Part shown: positions 36,012 to 45,995 of the stretch, one piece after another
How the letters are laid out: every line of letters starts with the position of its first letter
Position numbering within the stretch: the stretch's first letter is position 1
Assembly (NCBI GenBank): GCA_040878035.1
Contig: JBBDMX010000099.1
Location: forward strand, 1,367 to 65,366
Direction: 5' to 3'
DNA from: Phycisphaeraceae bacterium
GTDB taxonomy: Bacteria; Planctomycetota; Phycisphaerae; Phycisphaerales; Phycisphaeraceae
Length of the DNA: 64,000 bases
Program-made: the position numbers and the translations under genes
Notes under the pieces: generated by a model
The model's input: only the letters and a program-made list of their open reading frames with translations
Databases searched by the model: none
Told to the model about the DNA's origin: nothing

Positions 36012-37537
36012 GGGGCGTTCTCGTCCGTCTCTGGCGCCGCCTGATTGGTGCGGCGATAGTACGCGCGATAGAAAGTGCTGGTGACCAGTTCCAGCGGGAT
36101 CGCTTTGCCTTGGGCTTTGTACTGATCGATCAGCTTCTGCTGCTGCACAAGCTGGTCGTAGCGGGCCCTGAGCTTGGGCTGTTCTTGGAGCGAGCGAGCA
36201 ATCTCCGCGTTGACGCGCTGGGCCACTTCCGCCGCAGCTTCCTTGGCGGAGCGCATGTCATTCATAAACAACTCGTGGACCCTGTTGACTTCGCGATTGG
36301 CGATGGTGTCGAGCACGAACGGGCTGTAGTCGCCGCCGATGGCGATGTCCTGGGCCGCGTTGAAGAACATTTCGTGGCAGCCCCATTCGTTGGGGTGGTC
36401 CGGCGGACGGTTAAACAACTCGGTCTGGGCGTATTGCGGAATGGGTGGCAGAGCGTCGGCGTCACGGACGATCTGCATGTTGTAATCTTCGCTGGCGAGA
36501 AAGGCCTGGAACAGCCGCGCCAGTTCGGGGTTGGGGCTGCCGATGTACATGCCCGCGGCGCGCGTGGCGATGGTGGTGCTGGGGAACCCGCCGTGCGGCG
36601 GCTCGGAAACGCTCAGCGCCAGGGGGCCGCCCTGGGGGTCCTTGAACTTGCGAAGCTGGATCAGGGCATAGCGCCCGCTGTAGAACATGGCGAAGTTGCC
36701 GCTGTTGAACAACTGGAGTGTCGGCCCGCCGTAGCCCTGCTGGGTGTCAAATCCCTGCCGATCCGCGGCCGTTGGCAGCAGGTGATCGACATAAGTCCAC
36801 TTGTAGACGCGCTCGAGCACCGCAACGAACCGCGGATCGTCCAGTGTGCAGCGCGTCCCGGTTTCGTTGAACTTGCCCAGGCCCAGACTGCGATACATCA
36901 GTTCCAGCACGACGCCATCGGCGAAGAAAACGGTGCGCCGCTGCCCCGGTGGGTTGGCGGCCTCGACCAGTTGCTTGCCGATCGCCTCGAACTGGTCAAA
37001 CGTCCACCGCTTGGGCGGCACGGGCACGCCGTATTTCTCGAACGTCCCCTTGTGGATCCAGTACATCGTCACCGCGACGTTGCAGGGGAACATGTACTGC
37101 CGGCCGTCCAGGGTAATCTCCGGCTCGATCGCGGCGTAGGTGTAGGAGGGGTCGAACTTGAGCTGCCGGCCCCAGTCCGTAACGTCGCGCAAAAGGCCGA
37201 TCGATTGGAAGTAGCGCATGCCCGTGCCGCTACCGATGTCCAACAGGTCGCCCGCCACGCCGCTGACGCCCTGGATCACCTGCTTGGACACTTCGCGGTT
37301 GGCGGTATCCAGGCGCAGGCGCACGGCCGGCTCAGGCTTGCCCTCGGCGCCCGGCACCGTGTAGCCGTTCTTCACCAGCCACTGGTGGAACAATTCCACC
37401 TGCATGTCCCGGGCCGGATTGCGGTCGGTCACCCAATAAATCACCGGCACCTCGCTCTGCTGGTCGGGATACGACCACCAGGTTCCAAAGGCGGCGGCAG
37501 CGAGCACCACGGCAATAGCGGCAAAAAGAAGCTTCAT
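36008..37537 (-). CDS. ABC transporter extracellular solute-binding protein (family 1)
   Basis: Signal peptide MKLLFAAIAVVLAAAAFG and an SBP-1 fold pattern. Start at Met 37537 within ORF 36008..38368. No ATPase gene adjacent. Confidence 0.8.
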   Translation of the reverse strand: MKLLFAAIAVVLAAAAFGTWWSYPDQQSEVPVIYWVTDRNPARDMQVELFHQWLVKNGYTVPGAEGKPEPAVRLRLDTANREVSKQVIQGVSGVAGDLLDIGSGTGMRYFQSIGLLRDVTDWGRQLKFDPSYTYAAIEPEITLDGRQYMFPCNVAVTMYWIHKGTFEKYGVPVPPKRWTFDQFEAIGKQLVEAANPPGQRRTVFFADGVVLELMYRSLGLGKFNETGTRCTLDDPRFVAVLERVYKWTYVDHLLPTAADRQGFDTQQGYGGPTLQLFNSGNFAMFYSGRYALIQLRKFKDPQGGPLALSVSEPPHGGFPSTTIATRAAGMYIGSPNPELARLFQAFLASEDYNMQIVRDADALPPIPQYAQTELFNRPPDHPNEWGCHEMFFNAAQDIAIGGDYSPFVLDTIANREVNRVHELFMNDMRSAKEAAAEVAQRVNAEIARSLQEQPKLRARYDQLVQQQKLIDQYKAQGKAIPLELVTSTFYRAYYRRTNQAAPETDENAP

Positions 37538-37732
37538 GCAATCGCGCGATCTTACGACAAATCGCTCCATACTGCCATTGCGCAAGTGAGCCCTGGAGCC
37601 AGGGGACCCGCCGGAGGTCTCCTGGCTTTTATCCCGTAACGGTTGTGGACCCCGGCATGCGGCGGTACCATGATTCCACTCGGTACGCGACCATGCCGAG
37701 CGCCCGGGGAACCGGGCCTTCGGGGACATGTG

Positions 37733-38398
37733 ATGCAGGAACTGCTTGATGCCATCGCCTCTCCGGTAAACCTGGCTCTCACCGTGCTGCTGGGCTTGGC
37801 GGTCCTCTACTGGCTGCTGGTCATCTTCGGGGCCTTGACGATCGATGCCCTGGACTTTGACATGGATGGCCCGGGCGATCTGCCCGACGGCGGCGACATC
37901 GATCTGCCGGCGCACGGCACCGACGACCTGGCGCACGCCGCCATGAGCCTCTCCTGGCTTCGCTTCTTCAACGTCGGCACCGTCCCGCTGATGTTCCTCC
38001 TGTCTATCTTCCTGCTCATGCTCTGGCTCGCCGGCGTCATCCTCCACCCTGTGATCGGTGCCTGGGGCGTCCTGTTCCAGATTCTGCTGCTGGTGCCCAT
38101 GGCTCTCGCCGCGGCTCTGATCACCAAGGTGCTGACGATGCCGCTGGCCACGATCTTCCGCCGCATGCGCGAACAGGAGGAAGCCGAGCGCCGGGTCGTC
38201 ATGGTCGGCCAGCGCGCCCGCGTGGTTTCCACCAGGCTCACCGATCGCTACGGGCAAGTCGAGGTGGAGACCAACGGCTCGCCCTTGCGGCTCAACGCCC
38301 GCGTCACCGAGGCGGGCCAGGAACTCAAACGTGGCGACGAGGTGATCCTCGTCGCCGAGGACGAACAAGGCAAGTTCTTCATTGTCCGGGGCCTATAA
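37733..38398 (+). CDS. NfeD-like (YqiJ-type) membrane protein with a C-terminal OB-fold
   Basis: TM helices, then GQRARVVSTRLTDRYGQVEVETNGSPLRLNARVTEAGQELKRGDEVILVAEDEQGKFFIV. Confidence 0.65.
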   Translation: MQELLDAIASPVNLALTVLLGLAVLYWLLVIFGALTIDALDFDMDGPGDLPDGGDIDLPAHGTDDLAHAAMSLSWLRFFNVGTVPLMFLLSIFLLMLWLAGVILHPVIGAWGVLFQILLLVPMALAAALITKVLTMPLATIFRRMREQEEAERRVVMVGQRARVVSTRLTDRYGQVEVETNGSPLRLNARVTEAGQELKRGDEVILVAEDEQGKFFIVRGL

Positions 38399-38416
38399 GC
38401 CCCAGGAGCTGAGACG

Positions 38417-40477
38417 TTGACGCAAGCATTGACCGTATTGGTCGCAGCCGCCTTGGCGGTCTTCATCCTGGGCCTGCTGATCACCATCGTCAAGTGTTAC
38501 CGCAAGGTCGAGCCGGGCACCGCCATGGTCCGGCGCGGCTACGGCGGACCGCGCGTGTCCTTCAACGGCATGCTCGTGTTCCCCATCTTCCACCGTGCCG
38601 ACGTGATGGACGTCTCGGTCAAGCGCGTGGAGATTTACCGCCACGGCTCGGAGGGCCTGATCTGCAAGGACAACGTCCGCGCCGACATCAAGGTCGCCTT
38701 CTTCATGCGCGTCAACAACGTCGAGAAGGACGTGCTCCAGGTCGCCGACTCGCTGGGTGTCCGCCGCGCCAGCGACCAGGCCGAACTGGTGGAGCTGTTT
38801 GACGCCAAGTTCTCCGAAGCTCTCAAGACCGTGGGCAAGAAGTTCGACTTCACTGAGCTTTACACCGAACGCGACCGCTTCAAGGACGAGATTCTGGCGC
38901 ACATCGGCACCGACTTGAACGGCTACGTGCTCGACGATGCCGCCGTCGATTACCTCGAGCAGACCGACCTGGCGCAGCTTGATCCCAACAACATTCTCGA
39001 TGCCGAGGGCATTAAGAAGATCGCCGACCTGACGGCCCGCGAGGCGATCCGCGCCAACGAGATCAACCGCGAGAAGGAAAAGACGATCAAGAAGCAGGAC
39101 GTCGAGGCCCGCGAGACGATCCTGGAGCTGGAGCGTCAGCAGGCCGACGCCGAGTCCAAGCAGCAGCGTGAGATCGCCGTGGTCCGCGCCCGCGAGCAGG
39201 CCGAGGCCGACAAGGTGCGTGAGGAGGAGCGGCTCAAGGCCCAGCGCGCGCGCATTACGACCGAGGAGGAGCTGGGCATCGCCGAGGAGAACAAGCAGCG
39301 GCAGGTGCTGGTGGCGCTTCGCTCCAAGGAGCGTACCGACGGCATCGAGCAGGAGCGCGTGACACGCGAGCGCGACCTGGAGGCGACCGACCGCGAGCGC
39401 GTCGTCGAGCTGGCGCGCATCGACAAGGAAAAGGCGCTGGAAGTCGAGCGCAAGAAGATTCAGGACGTGATCCGCGAGCGCGTGGTGGTCGAGCGTGCGG
39501 TGGTCGAGGAGCAGCAGCGCATCCACGACACCGAGGAGCTGATGACCGCCGAGCGCGCCAAGCAGGTGAAGGTGATTGGCGCCACCGCGCTGGCGGAAGA
39601 GAGCAAGATCAAAGAGGTCAAGATGGCCGAGGCTTCGCGGGAGGCCTCCAAGTTCCAGGCGGACGAGATTCTCATCGAGGCTGAGGCCAACCGTCAGTCG
39701 GCCGAGAAGCAGGCGCAGGGCAAGATGAAGCTGGCGGAGGCGACCAGAGCCGAGGCGGCGGCGGGCGGGTTGGCGGAGGCCGAAGTGCTCGACGCCAAGG
39801 CCGGGGCGATCCGCAACTACGGCACGGCGGAAGCCGACGTCGTGGCCGCCAAGGGGCTGGCCGAAGCCAAGGCACTGCAGCAGAAGTATGAGGCCGAGGC
39901 CACCGGCGTCGCTGCCAAGGCCGACGCCATGAAGAAACTCGACGGCGTCGGACGCGACCACGAGGAGTTCAAACTCCGCCTCAACAAGGACCGCGACATC
40001 GAGATCGCCGCCATCAACATCCAGCGTGACGTCGCCGCCGAGCAGGCCAAGGTCCTGGGCGAGGCGCTCAAGCAGGCCAATATCGACATCGTCGGAGGGG
40101 ACAGCGCCTTCTTCGACCGCATCGTCAACTCCATCACCGCCGGCAAGCAGGTCGATCGTTTCGTGGGCAACTCCGATACCGCCCGCTTGGTGCGCGACAC
40201 TTTCTTCAGCGGCAACGGCGAGGGCTTCGGCCAGCGCCTGCGCGAATTCAGCGAGCAGTTCGGCGTCAGCGCCGAGGACCTCAAGAACCTGACGGTCTCG
40301 GCCCTGCTGGCGAAACTGCTGGCGCAGAGTGCTGACGGCACGCTCACCGACGAGCTGCGCCGCATGATCGGCTACGCCCAGAGCCGCGGTCTGGCAGATC
40401 GGCCGGTGCACGATATCGCCGCGGTCACCACCACGACCACCGTGGCCTCAGCCGCTAAGCCCAAGAGCAGGAACTAG
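38417..40477 (+). CDS. Flotillin-like SPFH/band-7 protein (YqiK/FloT type), 686 aa, TTG start
   Basis: N-terminal TM anchor, SPFH head, long E/A/R-rich coiled-coil region. AGGAG sits 8 nt upstream of TTG 38417. Confidence 0.8.
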   Translation: MTQALTVLVAAALAVFILGLLITIVKCYRKVEPGTAMVRRGYGGPRVSFNGMLVFPIFHRADVMDVSVKRVEIYRHGSEGLICKDNVRADIKVAFFMRVNNVEKDVLQVADSLGVRRASDQAELVELFDAKFSEALKTVGKKFDFTELYTERDRFKDEILAHIGTDLNGYVLDDAAVDYLEQTDLAQLDPNNILDAEGIKKIADLTAREAIRANEINREKEKTIKKQDVEARETILELERQQADAESKQQREIAVVRAREQAEADKVREEERLKAQRARITTEEELGIAEENKQRQVLVALRSKERTDGIEQERVTRERDLEATDRERVVELARIDKEKALEVERKKIQDVIRERVVVERAVVEEQQRIHDTEELMTAERAKQVKVIGATALAEESKIKEVKMAEASREASKFQADEILIEAEANRQSAEKQAQGKMKLAEATRAEAAAGGLAEAEVLDAKAGAIRNYGTAEADVVAAKGLAEAKALQQKYEAEATGVAAKADAMKKLDGVGRDHEEFKLRLNKDRDIEIAAINIQRDVAAEQAKVLGEALKQANIDIVGGDSAFFDRIVNSITAGKQVDRFVGNSDTARLVRDTFFSGNGEGFGQRLREFSEQFGVSAEDLKNLTVSALLAKLLAQSADGTLTDELRRMIGYAQSRGLADRPVHDIAAVTTTTTVASAAKPKSRN

Positions 40478-40637
40478 ACCTGCCCCGTTGCGCCATGGGC
40501 AAACTCCCTCTCCCTTCTTAAGGAGAGGGCTGGGGTGAGGGATTCAACGGATTAACATGGCTGGAATGACGCAAGTATCCCAGCCGATGGGGCTGCGGCC
40601 GTGCTGGTGCAAGCACCGAAATTAGGTCCAGGGCACG

Positions 40638-43600
40638 ATGGCTGAAACCGACTCCAATACAACCGCCCCCCAGAGCGCCGCGCCGCCGTCGGCGCCGCTG
40701 GACATCGATCAGGGCGCCTATCAGGTCCTGCGCGACCGCCTGCTCGCCTCGGGGCGCGAGCTGCGCGAGCGCGTGAACAAGCTCAACGCCCAACGCATCG
40801 ACGTGTTCGGCGGCATCCCCACCCAACTGCTCACCACCGAGCAGATCACCACCAGCCACAACTGCGTCCCGCGCGACATGGCGGCCTTCGGCGACCGCTT
40901 TGTCTTTGGCTACAACGTGCGCTTCGGACTCAAGCAGGAAATCGACCTGCCCGATGTCTTTGCCTGCGCCCGCTTCGATGGCCAGCGCTTCCACGAGGAG
41001 CCTATCACCTTCATCGCCGACGTCGTCTTCCGCAAGGAGTTCCAGGACCTCTACCGCTTCTACAAGCACGCCCTTTTCACCAAGTTCTTCAGTCATGGGC
41101 CGCACCTGTACATGAAGTTCCGCGTTGGGCGGAACATGGACGACTTTAAGGCATTCAAGTGGGCCATCAGCCCCGACAAACTCACGTACATCGACAACCG
41201 GTCTGACCACGAGGTCCGCTATCCACAACAGCACTCCTTCGACTGGAATCGCGTCACCCGCGACATGCTCCGGCCGGGCAAGAACCCGCACTACGCCATT
41301 GATGACTGCCTGTTCGTCGAGACCACCGGCGGGGACCTGACCATCAAGATCGAGGACAACACCGAGCACGGCCGGGGCATCTACAGCGAGCCGGTGGACG
41401 ACCCCAGCCAGAGCCCCGACGACGCCGAGATCAGCTACGCCCTGCACGGGAACCTCGTATTGCTGCGCATCCGTCCGTTCGGCGAAGACGGCCACCGCCA
41501 CTTCATCTTCAACCGCAAGCTGCGCGAGGTCATTCGCCAGGACTTCATCGCCGACGCCTGCCAGGCGCTGCCCGACGACCACGGCCTGATCTTCGCCGGC
41601 GGGTACTACCTGGCCTCCGGCAGGCACCATGTCTTCCCCAACATGCCCGCGCGCCTGACCTTCGAGAAACGCATCGCCAGCCCCAACGGCGAAGACTACC
41701 TCTACGTCATGTACGACCGCGGCGAAGGCTTGTACGTGCTGATGCCCTACAACGTCATCGAGCAGCGCGTCGATACGCCCATCGTCTGCTCAGGCTACAG
41801 CATTTTCGACAACGGCCGGCTCGTATTCTTCAAGGCGCACGAAGAGCCGCAGCGGCACCACGCGCTCCAGATCTGGCAGACCCCCTTTGTCGCCGCGGAC
41901 TTCCCCGTCGAACGCAAAAGCGATTCACGCCTCTACCAGATCGGCAACCGCGACATCGTCCGCGGCATGGCCGAGTGCACTCGGCTGCTCCAGTTGATCG
42001 AGCGCGAGCAGCTCTACGCCGAGCTGTACCTCGACATCGTCAAGGCGGCGTCGGCGATGCTCGACGGGTATCACTGGCTCAATGAGCCGGCATCCTTCCA
42101 ACTGGCGCAGGTGATCACGCAAATCCGCGACACCGGCCAAGCCGCCGTCAGCGAGTACGAGAAAGTCGTCCGCCTCCGCAAGGCGTCCCAGGACGCCCTG
42201 GCGCAAGAGCAGGAGCGCACGCGCAACCTGATCAGCGAGAACGCCGCGCGGCTTTACAACGGCGTCGATGCGTTCGTCAAGTCGCTGGCGCTCCTGCGCG
42301 AGGCGCGCGGTCGAATCATCGGCCTCAAGGATGTCCGCTACATCGATGCCTCGCAGGTGGAGGAACTGGAAGGCCAGATCACTGAGCAGACGGGCGAACT
42401 GAGCCGCCGGGCGGTGGAGTTCCTGCTCAAGCCCGACTCGCTGGCGCCCTATGCGTCACGCGGCGAGCAGTTCGCGCAGATGATCGGCGCGGTGGAACGT
42501 GTGGTCGAAGCCAAGGCCCTGTCGGAGAAAATCGAGACCGCCGCCGGCGAGTTGGAGATGCTCATCGAGATCGTGAGCAACCTGCGCATCGAGGACGCGA
42601 CGCAGCGGACGACGATCGTGGACAGCATTTCGGCGGTGTTCGCGACTCTCAACGCCTCGCGGCAGGCGTTGCGCAACCGCATCGCCGAACTGGGCCGCGC
42701 CGAGGGCGCCGCCGAGTTCAACAGCCAGCTCCGCCTGCTGGCTCAGAGCGTGTCCAATTACCTGGACCTGTGCGACACGCCGGAGAAGGTGGACAACTAC
42801 CTGACCAAGATGATGGTGCAGTTGGAGGAACTGGAAGGTCGCTTTGCCGAGTTTGACGATTTGGTGGTGCAACTGGCCCAGACGCGCAACGAAGTGGTCA
42901 CGGCGTTCGAGCAGCGCAAGTTACAGATCACCGAGCGGCGCAACCGCCGGGCCATCGCGCTGGCGCAGGCGGCCGACCGCATCCTGGCGGGCATCAAGTC
43001 GCGCGTCGACGCCATGGACTCGATCCAGCAGATCCACGGCTACTTCGCCTCGGACCTGATGATCGACAAGGTGCGCGACATTCTCGAGGAACTGGCGTCG
43101 ATTCAGGACACCGTCCGCGCCGACGACATCCAGTCCCGGCTCAAGAGCATCCGCGAAGACGCTGTTCGCCAGCTCAAGGACCGCCAGGATCTCCAGGCCG
43201 AGGGGCCCAACACTATTCGCTTCGGCCGGCACGTATTCTCCGTCAACACCCAACCGATCGAGCTGACGCTGGTCCGCCGTGATGCGGGCATGCAGCTTCA
43301 CATCAACGGCACGCGTTTTTTCGATCCCGTAGAGGACGCCGGGCTGCTTGACACGCGCGAGGCGTGGGACCAGGAACTGGTGAGCGAGCGCGACGAGGTC
43401 TATCGCGCTGAATACCTGGCGTACAAGATGCTGCCCTGGGTGACGAATCTGCCCGAGAATGAGCGGCGCGAGCTGCTGGATGAATCGAGCCTCGCCCTGC
43501 TGCAACGTGTGCAGCAGTTCATGGCCACGCGTTACGCCGAGGGCTACACCAAGGGCGTGCACGACGCCGACGCCACCGTCCTCCTGCGGCAGTTGATCGA

Positions 43601-45971
43601 CCTGTCGGCAACCATCGGCCTGCTCCGCTACTCGCCGGCGGCACGCACGCTGGGCGTCCTGTTCTGGCAGATGAACGAGGACACCGACCTGCGGCGCAAG
43701 CTCGCGGGCCAGTTGCTCGCCGTGCGCGAGGTGTTCACTTCCTTCCCCACCCAAGGCAAGCACCCGCGCAGCATTGAAGAGCTGGAGGCCGCGGTGCGTG
43801 CCTTTGCCGCAGAGCGCCCGCCGCTGGATCCCGACCTGGCGCACCAGGCCGCCGAGTACCTGTTCATGGAGGGCACCATCCGTGCCGAGGGCTTTGCCAG
43901 CAGTCCCGAGGCCGACGATCTGATGCGTGGCTTCAACGACCACCTGCGCAATACCGCCGCGGCACGCCGATTCAAGGATTCCCTCGACAAGGTCGGCGAT
44001 GACCCCTGGCGGCGCTACCTGCTGCATCGCGATTGGATGCAGGCGTTTTTCATGGCGTCGGATCTCGATCGCGGGCGCCTGGCGTCTTATCTGGATGAAG
44101 CGGCGCTGCGCTTGTTCGAGGGCCCCAACAGTCACGCCCGGCTCGTGCCCGTGAGCACGCGACGGCGCATCGAAGGCTTGCGCGGCGGGCACAAACGCAT
44201 CGACAACGGCGCCATGGACCTGGAATACACGGAGTTCATGACCCGGCTCCAGCGCTTCGAGCGCCTCGCCGTGCCCCGCTTTGAGCGCTTCACCCAGGCC
44301 AAGCGCAAGGTGGTCGAAGCGGCGCGGCACGACATCCGCGTCGAGGAGTTCAAGCCGCGCGTGCTCACCTCCTTTGTGCGCAACCGGCTCATCGACCGCG
44401 TCTATCTGCCGCTGATCGGCGACAACCTGGCCAAGCAGATCGGCGTCAGCGGCAACACCACCCGCACCGACCGCATGGGCCTGCTGCTGGTCATCAGCCC
44501 GCCGGGCTACGGCAAGACCACGCTCATGGAGTACATTGCCAGCCGGCTGGGCATCGTCTTTGTCAAGATCAACGGCCCGGCGCTGGGCCACGGCGTCACG
44601 TCGCTGGATCCCGAGGAAGCGCCCAACGCCGGCGCTCGCGAGGAAATCGAGCGGCTCAATCTCGCCTTCGAGATGGGCGACAACGTGATGATCTACGTGG
44701 ACGACATCCAGCACACCAACAGCGAGTTTCTCCAGAAGTTCATCTCGCTCTGTGACGCACAACGGCGTGTCGAGGGCGTGTTCCGCGGACGCACGCGCAC
44801 CCACGACCTGCGCGGCCGAAAGGTCGCCGTGGTCATGGCGGGCAACCCCTACACCGAGAGCGGCGAGAAATTCCGCATCCCCGACATGCTCGCCAATCGC
44901 GCCGACACCTATAACCTGGGCGACATCATCGGCGAGCACGGTGATTCATTCCGCAGCAGTTACCTCGAAAACGCATTGACCTCCAACCCCGCGATTAACG
45001 ACCTGGCGGCACGACCCGCCAACGACGTGCACGCCGTCATCCAGATCGCCGCCACCGGCTCACGCGAAGGTGTGGACTTCGAAAGCTCCTTCACCAGCGA
45101 CCAGGTCGACGAGATGGTCAACGTGATGAAGAAGCTCATCCAGGTGCGCGATGTGGTGCTGCGCGTCAATCAGCAGTACATCCGCTCGGCGGCGATGGAG
45201 GACCGCTACCGCACCGAGCCGGCGTTCCTGCTCCAGGGCTCGTACCGCAACATGAACCGCATCGCCGAACGGGTGCTGCCGGTGATGAACGACGCGGAGC
45301 TGCGCACGCTGATCCTCTCGGCGTACGAGCAGGATGCGCAGACGCTGACCACCGGCGCCGAGGCGAACCTGCTCAAGTTCAAGGAGATGATGGGCTGGCT
45401 TGACGAGACGGAGGCCAAGCGCTGGGACGACATCTGCCGGACGTTCCGCCGGACCAACGAAGTGGCGATGATGGGCGGCGACCAGGCGGCGGCGGTGGTG
45501 TCGCAGTTGAGCCGATTCAACGAGGGGCTGGGCGACATCGGTAAGGCGATCGCCGTGGCGGCGGCTTCCGGGGGCCGGCACAACGGCGACGCCAAGGCGG
45601 TGCTGGCCATCGACGAACAAACCGCCGGCGTGATCGCGGCGCTGGCATCGCGCATGGACGCCATGGCGCAGGCCATGGCCGACAGCGCCGCCGCAGCCGC
45701 CCGCCAGGAAGATGTCCCGCCCGCGCCGCCGTCGCCCGAGCAGATCACCGGCAAGACCAGCCCGTATGAAATCAAGGTCATCAACCGCGTGCCCGAAGCG
45801 TTCCTGGTCATCATCCGTCAGCAGTTCGAGCTGATGAAAAGCTGGCTCGAACCGCTGGGCCGCATCGCCGCCGGACAAGAGGACCGTATCCGGCAGGTAG
45901 TCGATTCACTGGAAACACTGACGGCCAAGTACGAACGTGTGATCGAACGATTGGAAAAAGGGCGCGAGTGA
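40638..45971 (+). CDS. Giant uncharacterized protein, 1777 aa: N-terminal globular domain, ~900-aa helical/coiled-coil region, P-loop NTPase module, helical C-terminus
   Basis: Walker A VISPPGYGKTTLMEY (~aa 1285) and Walker B NVMIYVDDIQ (~aa 1355). Clean single ORF with host-like codon usage. Confidence 0.8.
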   Translation: MAETDSNTTAPQSAAPPSAPLDIDQGAYQVLRDRLLASGRELRERVNKLNAQRIDVFGGIPTQLLTTEQITTSHNCVPRDMAAFGDRFVFGYNVRFGLKQEIDLPDVFACARFDGQRFHEEPITFIADVVFRKEFQDLYRFYKHALFTKFFSHGPHLYMKFRVGRNMDDFKAFKWAISPDKLTYIDNRSDHEVRYPQQHSFDWNRVTRDMLRPGKNPHYAIDDCLFVETTGGDLTIKIEDNTEHGRGIYSEPVDDPSQSPDDAEISYALHGNLVLLRIRPFGEDGHRHFIFNRKLREVIRQDFIADACQALPDDHGLIFAGGYYLASGRHHVFPNMPARLTFEKRIASPNGEDYLYVMYDRGEGLYVLMPYNVIEQRVDTPIVCSGYSIFDNGRLVFFKAHEEPQRHHALQIWQTPFVAADFPVERKSDSRLYQIGNRDIVRGMAECTRLLQLIEREQLYAELYLDIVKAASAMLDGYHWLNEPASFQLAQVITQIRDTGQAAVSEYEKVVRLRKASQDALAQEQERTRNLISENAARLYNGVDAFVKSLALLREARGRIIGLKDVRYIDASQVEELEGQITEQTGELSRRAVEFLLKPDSLAPYASRGEQFAQMIGAVERVVEAKALSEKIETAAGELEMLIEIVSNLRIEDATQRTTIVDSISAVFATLNASRQALRNRIAELGRAEGAAEFNSQLRLLAQSVSNYLDLCDTPEKVDNYLTKMMVQLEELEGRFAEFDDLVVQLAQTRNEVVTAFEQRKLQITERRNRRAIALAQAADRILAGIKSRVDAMDSIQQIHGYFASDLMIDKVRDILEELASIQDTVRADDIQSRLKSIREDAVRQLKDRQDLQAEGPNTIRFGRHVFSVNTQPIELTLVRRDAGMQLHINGTRFFDPVEDAGLLDTREAWDQELVSERDEVYRAEYLAYKMLPWVTNLPENERRELLDESSLALLQRVQQFMATRYAEGYTKGVHDADATVLLRQLIDLSATIGLLRYSPAARTLGVLFWQMNEDTDLRRKLAGQLLAVREVFTSFPTQGKHPRSIEELEAAVRAFAAERPPLDPDLAHQAAEYLFMEGTIRAEGFASSPEADDLMRGFNDHLRNTAAARRFKDSLDKVGDDPWRRYLLHRDWMQAFFMASDLDRGRLASYLDEAALRLFEGPNSHARLVPVSTRRRIEGLRGGHKRIDNGAMDLEYTEFMTRLQRFERLAVPRFERFTQAKRKVVEAARHDIRVEEFKPRVLTSFVRNRLIDRVYLPLIGDNLAKQIGVSGNTTRTDRMGLLLVISPPGYGKTTLMEYIASRLGIVFVKINGPALGHGVTSLDPEEAPNAGAREEIERLNLAFEMGDNVMIYVDDIQHTNSEFLQKFISLCDAQRRVEGVFRGRTRTHDLRGRKVAVVMAGNPYTESGEKFRIPDMLANRADTYNLGDIIGEHGDSFRSSYLENALTSNPAINDLAARPANDVHAVIQIAATGSREGVDFESSFTSDQVDEMVNVMKKLIQVRDVVLRVNQQYIRSAAMEDRYRTEPAFLLQGSYRNMNRIAERVLPVMNDAELRTLILSAYEQDAQTLTTGAEANLLKFKEMMGWLDETEAKRWDDICRTFRRTNEVAMMGGDQAAAVVSQLSRFNEGLGDIGKAIAVAAASGGRHNGDAKAVLAIDEQTAGVIAALASRMDAMAQAMADSAAAAARQEDVPPAPPSPEQITGKTSPYEIKVINRVPEAFLVIIRQQFELMKSWLEPLGRIAAGQEDRIRQVVDSLETLTAKYERVIERLEKGRE

Positions 45972-45995
45972 GCGGGTTGGCCCGGCGCGCTTTTT

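Noticed and set aside
38393-44939. 672-aa reverse ORFs (38393..40411 and 42921..44939)
   Set aside because: Antisense to the flotillin and giant-ATPase genes, with R/A/G/D-rich non-protein-like translations.
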